A stretch of 22,330 bases of DNA, from positions 1 through 22,330 of the forward strand of contig NEEC01000469.1 in the NCBI GenBank assembly GCA_002189035.1. Direction: 5' to 3'. The position numbers and the translations under genes are program-made. Within the stretch, counting starts at the first letter, position 1; each line of letters opens with the position of its first letter. This DNA comes from Utricularia gibba (taxonomy: Eukaryota; Plantae; Magnoliophyta). The notes under the pieces are model-generated. The model saw only the letters and a list, made by a program, of their open reading frames with translations. It did not search any database and was not told the origin of the DNA. Below, piece by piece: positions 1 through 11,903 of this stretch.

Positions 1-1880
1 CATCGGGTCCTACTCGACGAAAATCGTGATGCAGTTATTGAAGTTAGGATATCATGAGCACCCAAAATGGTTTTCTCAACCGCATGCTTTATATTTGATA
101 AGGCACTCTCGTGGGCAACGGTATCGAGCAGGAGGTCGAGTCGAGCTCGGGCACAGAGTCATTTGTAGCCCGGCAAAAAAAATTGATGCATTTATTAACA
201 GTTGGTTTTAATAGGCTGCCTCAATGGTTTTCTCAAGGAAAAGCTTGTCGTTTTTGGGCGGGTGATGTCGTTGGGAATTTCGTTCTGACCCAAGGTTCGG
301 TCTGTCTCCTTTGCCAAATCTGGTCCTACTCAACGAAAATCGTGATGCAGTTATTGAAGTTAGGATTTCATGAGCACCCAAAATGCTTTTGTCAATCGCA
401 TGCTTTGTAGTTGAGGAGGCGCTCTAGTGGGGCACGGTATCGGGCAAAAGGTCGAGTCGGGCTCGCTCCCAGAGTCATTTTTAGCCTGTCAAAAAAAGTG
501 ATGCATTTATTAACGTTGGGTTTTAATAGGCTGCCTACATGGTTTCTCAAGGAAAAGCTTGTCGTTTCTGGTAGGTGATGTCTTTTGGAACTTCGTTCTG
601 ACCAAGGTTCGGTCTGACTCCTTTGCCACATCGGGTCCTACTCGACGAAAATCGTGATGCAGTTATTGAAGTTAGGATTTCATGAGCACCCAAAATGGTT
701 TTCTCAACCGCATGCTTTATATTTGATAAGGTGCTCTCGTGGGGCAACGGTATCGAGTAGGAGGTCGAGTCGAGCTCGGGCCCATAGTCATTTGTAGCTC
801 GGCAAAAAACTTGATGCATTTATTAACGGTTGGTTTTAATAGGCTGCCTCAATGGTTTTCTCAAGGAAAAGCTTGTCGTTTTTGGGCAGGTGATGTCGTT
901 GTGAACTTCGTTCTGACCCAAGGTTCGGTCTGTCTCCTTTGCCAAATCTGGTCCTACTCGACGAAAATCGTGATGCAGTTATTGAAGTTAGGATTTCATG
1001 AGCACCCAAAATGCTTTTAAATCGCATGCTTTGTAGTTGAGGAGGCTCTCTAGTGGGGCACGGTATCGGGCAAAAGGTCGAGTCGGGCTCGCACCTAGAG
1101 TCATTTTTAGCCTGTCAAAAAAAGTGATGCATTTATTAACGTTGGGTTTTAATAGGCTGCCTACATGGTATCTCAAGGAAAAGCTTGTCGTTTCTGGGCG
1201 GTGATGTTTTGGAACTTCGTTCTGACCATAGGTTCGGTCTGACTCCTTTGCCACATCGGGTCCTACTCAACGAAAATCGTGATGCAGTTATTGAAGTTAG
1301 GATTTCATGAGCACCCAAAATGGTTTTCTCAACCGCATGCTTTATATTTGATAAGGCACTCTCGTGGGGCAACGGTATCGAGCAGGAGGTCGAGTCGAGC
1401 TCGGGCACAGAGTCATTTGTAGCCGCAAAAAAAATTGATGCATTTATTAACGGTTGGTTTTAATAGGCTGCCTCAATGGTTTTCTCAAGGAAAAGCTTGT
1501 CGTTTTTGGGCGGGTGATGTCGTTGGGAATTTCGTTCTGACCCAAGGTTCGGTCTGTCTCCTTTGCCAAATCTGGTCCTACTCAACGAAAATCGTGATGC
1601 AGTTATTGAAGTTAGGATTTCATGAGCACCCAAAATGCTTTTGTCAATCGCATGCTTTGTAGTTGAGGAGGCGCTCTAGTGGGGCACGGTATCGGGCAAA
1701 AGGTCGAGTCGGGCTCGCTCCAGAGTCATTTTTAGCCTGTCAAAAAAAGTGATCCATTTATTAACGTTGGGTTTTAATAGGCTGCCTCATGGTTTCTCAA
1801 GAAAAAGATTGTCGTTTCTGGGCGGGTGATGTCTTTTGGAACTTCGTTCTGACCATAGGTTCGGTCTGACTCCTTTGCCA
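1..1880. repeat. Hexamer higher-order repeat, copy 1 (M1-M6; alternating A-class/B-class monomers)
   Basis: Odd monomers end in ...tgtctcctttgccaaatctgg. Even monomers carry aatgctttt...gctttgtagttgaggagg...tagtggggcacgg...tttttagcctgtc. Private variants match M7-M12 in register. Confidence 0.88.
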
Positions 1881-3767
1881 CATCGGGTCCTACTCGACGA
1901 AAATCGTGATGCAGTTATTGAAGTTAGGATATCATGAGCACCCAAAATGGTTTTCTCAACCGCATGCTTTATATTTGATAAGGCACTCTCGTGGGGCAAC
2001 GGTATCGAGCAGGAGGTCGAGTCGAGCTCGGGCACAGAGTCATTTGTAGCCCGGCAAAAAAAATTGATGCATTTATTAACAGTTTGGTTTTAATAGGCTG
2101 CCTCAATGGTTTTCTCAAGGAAAAGCTTGTCGTTTTTGGGCGGGTGATGTCGTTGGGAATTTCGTTCTGACCCAAGGTTCGGTCTGTCTCCTTTGCCAAA
2201 TCTGGTCCTACTCAACGAAAATCGTGATGCAGTTATTGAAGTTAGGATTTCATGAGCACCCCAAAATGCTTTTGTCAATCGCATGCTTTGTAGTTGAGGA
2301 GGCGCTCTAGTGGGGCACGGTATCGGGCAAAAGGTCGAGTCGGGCTCGCTCCCAGAGTCATTTTTAGCCTGTCAAAAAAAGTGATGCATTTATTAACGTT
2401 GGGTTTTAATAGGCTGCCTACATGGTTTCTCAAGGAAAAGCTTGTCGTTTCTGGGTAGGTGATGTCTTTTGGAACTTCGTTCTGACCATAGGTTCGGTCT
2501 GACTCCTTTGCCACATCGGGTCCTACTCGACGAAAATCGTGATGCAGTTATTGAAGTTAGGATTTCATGAGCACCCAAAATGGTTTTCTCAACCGCATGC
2601 TTTATATTTGATAAGGTGCTCTCGTGGGGCAACGGTATCGAGTAGGAGGTCGAGTCGAGCTCGGGCCCATAGTCATTTGTAGCTCGGCAAAAAACTTGAT
2701 GCATTTATTAACGGTTGGTTTTAATAGGCTGCCTCAATGGTTTTCTCAAGGAAAAGCTTGTCGTTTTTGGGCAGGTGATGTCGTTGTGAACTTCGTTCTG
2801 ACCCAAGGTTCGGTCTGTCTCCTTTGCCAAATCTGGTCCTACTCGACGAAAATCGTGATGCAGTTATTGAAGTTAGGATTTCATGAGCACCCAAAATGCT
2901 TTTAATCGCATGCTTTGTAGTTGAGGAGGCTCTCTAGTGGGCACGGTATCGGGCAAAAGGTCGAGTCGGGCTCGCACCTAGAGTCATTTTTAGCCTGTCA
3001 AAAAAAGTGATGCATTTATTAACGTTGGGTTTTAATAGGCTGCCTACATGGTATCTCAAGGAAAAGCTTGTCGTTTCTGGGCGGGTGATGTCTTTTGGAA
3101 CTTCGTTCTGACCATAGGTTCGGTCTGACTCCTTTGCCACATCGGGTCCTACTCACGAAAATCGTGATGCAGTTATTGAAGTTAGGATTTCATGAGCACC
3201 CAAAATGGTTTTTCTCAACCGCATGCTTTATATTTGATAAGGCACTCTCGTGGGGCAACGGTATCGAGCAGGAGGTCGAGTCGAGCTCGGGCACAGAGTC
3301 ATTTGTAGCCCGGCAAAAAAATTGATGCATTTATTAACGGTTGGTTTTAATAGGCTGCCTCAATGGTTTTCTCAAGGAAAAGCTTGTCGTTTTTGGGCGG
3401 GTGATGTCGTTGGGAATTTCGTTCTGACCCAAGGTTCGGTCTGTCTCCTTTGCCAAATCTGGTCCTACTCAACGAAAATCGTGATGCAGTTATTGAAGTT
3501 AGGATTTCATGAGCACCCAAAATGCTTTTGTCAATCGCATGCTTTGTAGTTGAGGAGGCGCTCTAGTGGGCACGGTATCGGGCAAAAGGTCGAGTCGGGC
3601 TCGCTCCAAGAGTCATTTTTAGCCTGTCAAAAAAAGTGATCCATTTATTAACGTTGGGTTTTAATAGGCTGCCTCCATGGTTTCTCAAGAAAAAGATTGT
3701 CGTTTCTGGGGGGTGATGTCTTTTGGAACTTCGTTCTGACCATAGGTTCGGTCTGACTCCTTTGCCA
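1881..3767. repeat. Hexamer higher-order repeat, copy 2 (M7-M12)
   Basis: M7=M1 (ggatatcat, attaacag), M8=M2 (ggtaggtg), M9=M3 (gtgctc/gagtagg/gttgtgaac), M10=M4 (gctctctag, gcacctagag, atggtatctc), M11=M5, M12=M6 (gatccattt, aaagattg). Confidence 0.88.
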
Positions 3768-6582
3768 CATCGGGTCCTACTCGACGAAAATCGTGATGCA
3801 GTTATTGAAGTTAGGATATCATGAGCACCCAAAATGGTTTTCTCAACCGCATGCTTTATATTTGATAAGGCACTCTCGTGGGGCAACGGTATCGAGCAGG
3901 AGGTCGAGTCGAGCTCGGGCCCAGAGTCATTTGTAGCCCGGCAAAAAAATTGATGCATTTATTAACGTTCGGCTTTATTAGGCTGCCTACATAGTTTCTC
4001 AAGGAAAAGCTTGTCGTTTCTGGGCGGGTGATGTCTTTTGGAACTTCGTTCTGACCATAGGTTCGGTCTGACTCCTTTGCCACATCGGGTCCTACTCGAC
4101 GAAAATCGTGATGCAGTTATTGAAGTTAGGATATCATGAGCACCCAAAATGGTTTTCTCAACCGCATGTTTTATATTTGATAAGGTGCTCTCGTGGGGCA
4201 ACGGTATCAAGTAGGAGGTCGAGTCGAGCTCGGGCCCATAGTCATTTGTAGCTCGGCAAAAAACTTGATGCATTTATTAACGTTGGTTTTAATTGGCCGC
4301 CTAAATGTTTTCTCATGGAAAAGCTTGTCGTTTTTGGGCGGGTGATGTCTTTTGGAACTTCGTTCTGACCATAGGGTCGGTCTGACTCCTTTGCCACATC
4401 GGGTCCTACTCGACGAAAATCGTGATGCAGTTATTGAAGTTAGGATATCATGAGCACCCAAAATGGTTTTCTCAACCGCATGCTTTATATTTGATAAGGC
4501 ACTCTCGTGGGGCAACGGTATCGAGCAGGAGGTCGAGTCGAGCTCGGGCCCAGAGTCATTTGTAGCCCGGCAAAAAATTGATGCATTTATTAACGTTCGG
4601 CTTTATTAGGCTGCCTACATAGTTTCTCAAGGAAAAGCTTGTCGTTTCTGGGCGGGTGATGTCTTTTGGAACTTCGTTCTGACCATAGGTTCGGTCTGAC
4701 TCCTTTGCCACATCGGGTCCTACTCAACGAAAATCGTGATGCAGTTGTTTGAAGTTAGGATATCATGAGCACCCAAAAGGGTTTTCTCAACCGCATGCTT
4801 TATATTTGATAAGGCACTCTCGTGGGGCAACGGTATCGAGCAGGAGGTCGAGTCGAGCTCGGTCCCAGAGTCATTTGTAGCCCGGCAAAAAAATTGATGC
4901 ATTTATTAACGTTCGGCTTTATTAGGCTGCCTACATAGTTTCTCAAGGAAAAGCTCGTTTCTGCGCGGGTGATGTCGTTGGAACTTCGTTCGGACCCAAG
5001 GTTCTGTCTGACTCCTTTGCCACATCGGGTCCAACTTGACGAAAATCGTGATGCAGTTATTGACGTTAGGATTTCATGAGCACCCAAAATGCTTTTTCAA
5101 TCGCATGCTTTGTAGTTTAGGAGGCGCTCTAGTGGGGCACGGTATCGGGCAAAAGGTTGAGTCGGCTCGCTCCCAGAGTCGTTTGTAGCCCGACAAAAAT
5201 ATTGATGCATTTATTAACGTTCGGCGCTATTAGGCTGCCTACATAGTTTCTCAAGGAAAAGCTTATCGTTTCTGGGCGGGTGATGTCGTTGGGAACTTCG
5301 TTCGGACCCAAGGTTCTGACTGACTCCTTTGCCACATCGGGTCCTACTCGACGAAAATTGTGATGCAGTTATTGAAGTTAGGATGTCATGAGCACCCAAA
5401 ATGGTTTTCTCAACCGCATGCTTTATATTGAGGAGGCGCTCTCGTGGGGCAACGGTATCGAGTAGGAGGTCGAGTCGAGCTTGGGCCCATAGTCATTTGT
5501 AGCTCGGCAAAAAACTTGATGCATTAATTAACGTTGGGTTTTAATAGAACGCCTACATTGTTTTCTCAAGGAAAAGCTTGTCGTTTCTGCGCGGTGATGT
5601 CGTTGGGAACTTCGTTCGACCCAAGGTTCTGTCTGACTCCTTTGCCACATCGGGTCCTACTCGACGAAAATCGTGATGCACTTATTAAAGTTAGGATGTC
5701 AGGAGCACCCAAAATGGTTTTCTCAACCGCATGCTTTATATTTGATAAGGTGCTCTCGTGGGCAACGGTATCGAGCAGGAGGTCGAGTCGAGCTCGGGCC
5801 CAGAGTCATTTGTAGCCCGACAAAAAATATTGATGCATTTATTAACGTTCGGCGCTATTAGGCTGCCTACATAGTTTCTCAAGGAAAAGCTTGTCGTTTC
5901 TGGCGGGTGATGTCGTTGGGAACTTCGTTCGGACCCAAGGTTCTGACTGACTCCTTTGCCACATCGGGTCCTACTCGACGAAAATCGTGATGCAGTTATT
6001 GAAGTTAGGATGTCATGAGCACCCAAAATGGTTTTCTCAACCGCATGCTTTATATTTGAGGAGGCGCTCTCGTGGGGCAACGGTATCGAGTAGGAGGTCG
6101 AGTCGAGCTCGGGCCCATAGTCATTTGTAGCTCGGCAAAAAACTTGATGCATTAATTAACGTTGGGTTTAATAGGCCTACATTGTTTTCTCAAGGAAAAG
6201 CTTGTCGTTTCTGGGCGGGTGATGTCGTTGGAACTTCGTTCGGACCCAAGGTTCTGTCTGACTCCTTTGCCACATCGGGTCCTACTCGACGAAAATCGTG
6301 ATGCAGTTATTGAAGTTAGGATTTCATGAGCACCCAAAATGCTTTTTCAATCCGCATGCTTTGTAGTTGAGGAGGCGCTCTAGTGGGGCAACGGTATCGG
6401 GCAAAGGTCGAGTCGGGCTCGCCCAAGAGTCATTTTTAGCCCAAAAAAATTGATGCATTTATTAACGTTGGGTTTTAATAGGCTGCCTACATGGTTTCTC
6501 AAGGAAAAGCTTGTCGTTTCTGGGCGGGTGATGTCTTTTGGAACTTCGTTCTGACCATAGGTTCGGTCTGACTCCTTTGCCA
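3768..6582. repeat. Nonamer higher-order repeat, copy 1 (M13-M21: C-D-C-C'-E-F-G-F'-B')
   Basis: Diagnostic monomers: D at 4083 (aattggccgcc), E at 5023 (ccaacttgacg, ttgacgttagg), F at 5335 (aaaattgtg, gcattaattaac, atagaacgcc), G at 5648 (gcacttattaaag, gtcaggagc). They recur ~2.81 kb later. Confidence 0.82.
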
Positions 6583-9394
6583 CATCGGGTCCTACTCGAC
6601 GAAAATCGTGATGCAGTTATTGAAGTTAGGATATCATGAGCACCCAAAATGGTTTTCTCAACCGCATGCTTTATATTTGATAAGGCACTCTCGTGGGGCA
6701 ACGGTATCGAGCAGGAGGTCGAGTCGAGCTCGGGCCCCAGAGTCATTTGTAGCCCGGCAAAAAAATTGATGCATTTATTAACGTTCGGCTTTATTAGGCT
6801 GCCTACATAGTTTCTCAAGGAAAAGCTTGTCGTTTCTGGCGGGTGATGTCTTTTGGAACTTCGTTCTGACCATAGGTTCGGTCTGACTCCTTTGCCACAT
6901 CGGGTCCTACTCGACGAAAATCGTGATGCAGTTATTGAAGTTAGGATATCATGAGCACCCAAAATGGTTTTCTCAACCGCATGCTTTATATTTGATAAGG
7001 TGCTCTCGTGGGGCAACGGTATCGAGTAGGAGGTCGAGTCGAGCTCGGCCCATAGTCATTTGTAGCTCGGCAAAAAACTTGATGCATTTATTAACGTTGG
7101 TTTTAATTGGCTGCCTAATGGTTTTCAAGGAAAAGCTTGTCGTTTTTGGGCGGGTGATGTCTTTTGGAACTTCGTTCTGACCATAGGTTCGGTCTGACTC
7201 CTTTGCCATCGGGTCCTACTCGACGAAAATCGTGATGCAGTTATTGAAGTTAGGATATCATGAGCACCCAAAATGGTTTTCTCAACCGCATGCTTTATAT
7301 TTGATAAGGCACTCTCGTGGGGCAACGGTATCGAGCAGGAGGTCGAGTCGAGCTCGGGCCCAGAGTCATTTGTAGCCCGGCAAAAAAATTGATGCATTTA
7401 TTAACGTTCGGCTTTATTAGGCTGCCTACATAGTTTCTCAAGGAAAAGCTTGTCGTTTCTGGGCGGGTGATGTCTTTTGGAACTTCGTTCTGACCATAGG
7501 TTCGGTCTGACTCCTTTGCCACATCGGGTCCTACTCAACGAAAATCGTGATGCAGTTATTGAAGTTAGGATATCATGAGCACCCAAAAGGGTTTTCTCAA
7601 CCGCATGCTTTATATTTGATAAGGCACTCTCGTGGGGCAACGGTATCGAGCAGGAGGTCGAGTCGAGCTCGGGCCCAGAGTCATTTGTAGCCCGGCAAAA
7701 AAATTTGATGCATTTATTAACGTTCGGCTTTATTAGGCTGCCTACATAGTTTCTCAAGGAAAAGCTTGTCGTTTCTGGCGGGTGATGTCGTTGGAACTTC
7801 GTTCTGACCCAAGGTTCTGTCTGACTCCTTTGCCACATCGGGTCCAACTTGACGAAAATCGTGATGCAGTTATTGACGTTAGGATTTCATGAGCACCCAA
7901 AATGCTTTTTTCAATCGCATGCTTTGTAGTTTATAGGCGCTCTAGTGGGCAACGGTATCGGGCAAAAGGAGTCGGGCTCGCTCCCAGAGTCATTTGTAGC
8001 CCGACAAAAATATTGATGCATTTATTAACGTTCGGCGCTATTAGGCTGCCTACATAGTTTCTCAAGGAAAAGCTTATCGTTTCTGGGCGGGTGATGTCGT
8101 TGGGAACTTCGTTCGGACCAAGGTTCTGACTGACTCCTTTGCCACATCGGGTCCTACTCGACGAAAATTGTGATGCAGTTATTGAAGTTAGGATCATGAG
8201 CACCCAAAATGGTTTTCTCAACCGCATGCTTTATATTTGAGGAGGCGCTCTCGTGGGGCAACGGTATCGAGTAGGAGGTCGAGTCGAGCTCGGGCCCATA
8301 GTCATTTGTAGCTCGGCAAAAAACTTGATGCATTAATTAACGTTGGGTTTTAATAGAACGCCTACATTGTTTTCTCAAGGAAAAGCTTGTCGTTTCTGCG
8401 CGGGTGATGTCGTTGGGAACTTCGTTCGACCCAAGGTTCTGTCTGACTCCTTTGCCACATCGGGTCCTACTCGACGAAAATCGTGATGCACTTATTAAAG
8501 TTAGGATGTCAGGAGCACCCAAAATGGTTTTCTCAACCGCATGCTTTATATTTGATAAGGCTCTCGTGGGGCAACGGTATCGAGCAGGAGGTCGAGTCGA
8601 GCTCGGGCCCAGAGTCATTTGTAGCCCGACAAAATATTGATGCATTTATTAACGTTCGGCGCTATTAGGCTGCCTACATAGTTTCTCAAGGAAAAGCTTA
8701 TCGTTTCTGAGCGGGTGATGTCGTTGGGAACTTCGTTCGGACCCAAGGTTCTGACTGACTCCTTTGCCACGGGTCCTACTCGACGAAAATCGTGATGCAG
8801 TTATTGAAGTTAGGATGTCATGAGCACCCAAAATGCTTTTTCTCAACCGCATGCTTTATATTTGAGGAGGCGCTCTCTCGTGGGGCAACGGTATCGAGTA
8901 GGAGGTCGAGTCGAGCTCGGGCCCATAGTCATTTGTAGCTCGGCAAAAAACTTGATGCATTAATTAACGTTGGTTTAATAGAACGCCTACATTGTTTTCT
9001 CAAGGAAAAGCTTGTCGTTTCTGCGCGGGTGATGTCGTTGGGAACTTCGTTCGGACCCAAGGTTCTGTCTGACTCCTTTGCCACATCGGGTCCTACTCGA
9101 CGAAAATCGTGATGCAGTTATTGAAGTTAGGATTTCATGAGCACCCAAAATGGTTTTCTCAACCGCATGCTTTATTTGATAAGGTGCTCTCGTGGGGCAA
9201 CGGTATCGAGTAGGAGGTCGAGTCGAGCTCGGGCCCATAGTCATTTGTAGCTCGGCAAAAAACTTGATGCATTTATTAACGTTGGTTTTAATAGGCTGCC
9301 TCAAGGTTTTCTCAAGGAAAAGCTTGTCGTTTTTGGGCGGGTGATGTCGTTGTGAACTTCGTTCTGACCAAGGTTCGGTCTGACTCCTTTGCCA
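6583..9394. repeat. Nonamer higher-order repeat, copy 2 (M22-M30: C-D-C-C'-E-F-G-F'-A3)
   Basis: D at 6898, E at 7836, F at 8145, G at 8458 and F' at ~8768 are in the same order as in 3768-6582. The ninth monomer differs. Confidence 0.82.
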
Positions 9395-11588
9395 AATCGG
9401 TCCTACTCGACGAAAATCGTGATGCAGTTATTGAAGTTAGGATTTCATGAGCACCCAAAATGCTTTTTCAACGCATGCTTTATATTTGATAAGGCACTCT
9501 CGTGGGGCAACGGTATCGAGCAGGAGGTCGAGTCGAGCTCGGGCCCAGAGTCATTTGTAGCCGGCAAAAAAATTGATGCATTTATTAACGTTCGGCTTTA
9601 TTAGGCTGCCTACATAGTTTCTCAAGGAAAAGCTTGTCGTTTCTGGGCGGGTGATGTCTTTTGGAACTTCGTTCTGACCATAGGTTCGGTCTGACTCCTT
9701 TGCCACATCGGGTCCTACTCAACGAAAATCGTGATGCAGTTATTGAAGTTAGGATATCATGAGCACCCAAAAGGGTTTTCTCAACCGCATGCTTTATATT
9801 TGATAAGGCACTCTCGTGGGGCAACGGTATCGAGCAGGAGGTCGAGTCGAGCTCGGTCCCAGAGTCATTTGTAGCCCGGCAAAAAAATTGATGCATTTAT
9901 TAACGTTCGGCTTTATTAGGCTGCCTACATAGTTTCTCAAGGAAAAGCTTGTCGTTTCTGGGCGGGTGATGTCTTTTGGAACTTCGTTCTGACCATAGGT
10001 TCGGTCTGACTCCTTTGCCACATCGGGTCCTACTCGACGAAAATCGTGATGCAGTTATTGAAGTTAGGATATCATGAGCACCCAAAATGGTTTTCTCAAC
10101 CGCATGCTTTATATTTGATAAGGTGCTCTCGTGGGGCAACGGTATCGAGTAGGAGGTCGAGTCGAGCTCGGGCCCATAGTCATTTGTAGCTCGGCAAAAA
10201 ACTTGATGCATTTATTAACGTTTGTTTTAATTGGCCGCCTAAATGGTTTTCTCATGGAAAAGCTTGTCGTTTTTGGGCGGGTGATGTCTTTTGGAACTTC
10301 GTTCTGACCATAGGTCGGTCTGACTCCTTTGCCACATCGGGTCCTACTCGACGAAAATCGTGATGCAGTTATTGAAGTTAGGATATCATGAGCACCCAAA
10401 ATGGTTTTCTCAACCGCATGCTTTATATTTGATAAGGCACTCTCGTGGGGCAACGGTATCGAGCAGGAGGTCGAGTCGAGCTCGGGCCCAGAGTCATTTG
10501 TAGCCCGGCAAAAAAATTGATGCATTTATTAACGTTCGGCTTTATTAGGCTGCCTACATAGTTTCTCAAGGAAAAGCTTGTCGTTTCTGGCGGGTGATGT
10601 CTTTTGGAACTTCGTTCTGACCATAGGTTCGGTCTGACTCCTTTGCCACATCGGGTCCTACTCAACGAAAATCGTGATGCAGTTATTGAAGTTAGGATAT
10701 CATGAGCACCCAAAAGGGTTTTCTCAACCGCATGCTTTATATTTGATAAGGCTCTCGTGGGGCAACGGTATCGAGCAGGAGGTCGAGTCGAGCTCGGTCC
10801 CAGAGTCATTTGTAGCCCGGCAAAAAAATTGATGCATTTATTAACGTTCGGCTTTATTAGGCTGCCTACATAGTTTCTCAAGGAAAAGCTTGTCGTTTCT
10901 GGGCGGGTGATGTCTTTTGGAACTTCGTTCTGACCATAGGTTCGGTCTGACTCCTTTGCCACATCGGGTCCTACTCAACGAAAATCGTGATGCAGTTATT
11001 GAAGTTAGGATATCATGAGCACCCAAAAGGGTTTTCTCAACCGCATGCTTTATATTGATAAGGCACTCTCGTGGGGCAACGGTATCGAGCAGGAGGTCGA
11101 GTCGAGCTCGGTCCCAGAGTCATTTGTAGCCCGGCAAAAAAATTGATGCATTTATTAACGTTCGGCTTTATTAGGCTGCCTACATAGTTTCTCAAGGAAA
11201 AGCTTGTCGTTTCTGGCGGGTGATGTCTTTTGGAACTTCGTTCTGACCATAGGTTCGTTCTGACTCCTTTGCCACATCGGGTCCTACTCGACGAAAATCG
11301 TGATGCAGTTATTGAAGTTAGGATATCATGAGCACCCAAAATGGTTTTCTCAACCGCATGCTTTATATTTGATAAGGTGCTCTCGTGGGGCAACGGTATC
11401 GAGCAGGAGGTCGAGTCGAGCTCGGGCCCATAGTCATTTGTAGCTCGGCAAAAAACTTGATGCATTTATTAACGTTCGGTTTTAATTGGCCGCTAAATGG
11501 TTTTCTCATGGAAAAGCTTGTCGTTTTGGGGCGGGTGATGTCTTTTGGAACTTCGTTCTGACCATAGGTCGGTCTGACTCCTTTGCCA

Positions 11589-11903
11589 CATCGGGTCCTA
11601 CTCGACGAAAATCGTGATGCAGTTATTGAAGTTAGGATATCATGAGCACCCAAAATGGTTTTCTCAACCGCATGCTTTATATTTGATAAGGCACTCTCGT
11701 GGGGCAACGGTATCGAGCAGGAGGTCGAGTCGAGCTCGGGCCCAGAGTCATTTGTAGCCCGGCAAAAAAATTGATGCATTTATTAACGTTCGGCTTTATT
11801 AGGCTGCCTACATAGTTTCTCAAGGAAAAGCTTGTCGTTTCTGGGCGGGTGATGTCTTTTGGAACTTCGTTCTGACCATAGGTTCGGTCTGACTCCTTTG
11901 CCA
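11589..11903 (+). repeat. Representative consensus ('C-type') monomer, 315 bp, composed of two diverged ~157-bp subunits
   Basis: Hand count: 315 bp, 147 G+C. Contains single AAGCTT, GAGCTC, GCATGC, ATGCAT, GATATC and GGGCCC sites. The motif tgatgca occurs twice per monomer, ~157 bp apart. Confidence 0.93.

Noticed and set aside
1-316. 10-bp phased A/T tracts implying intrinsic curvature
   Set aside because: A4-A7 and T4 tracts exist but I cannot see consistent ~10.5-bp phasing by eye; it would need a periodicity or bendability computation.
4971-4995. CENP-B-box-like look of gtcgttggaacttcg / cttcgttcggac
   Set aside because: The essential core nTTCGnnnnAnnCGGGn is not matched on either strand (the CGGG element is absent at the required spacing).
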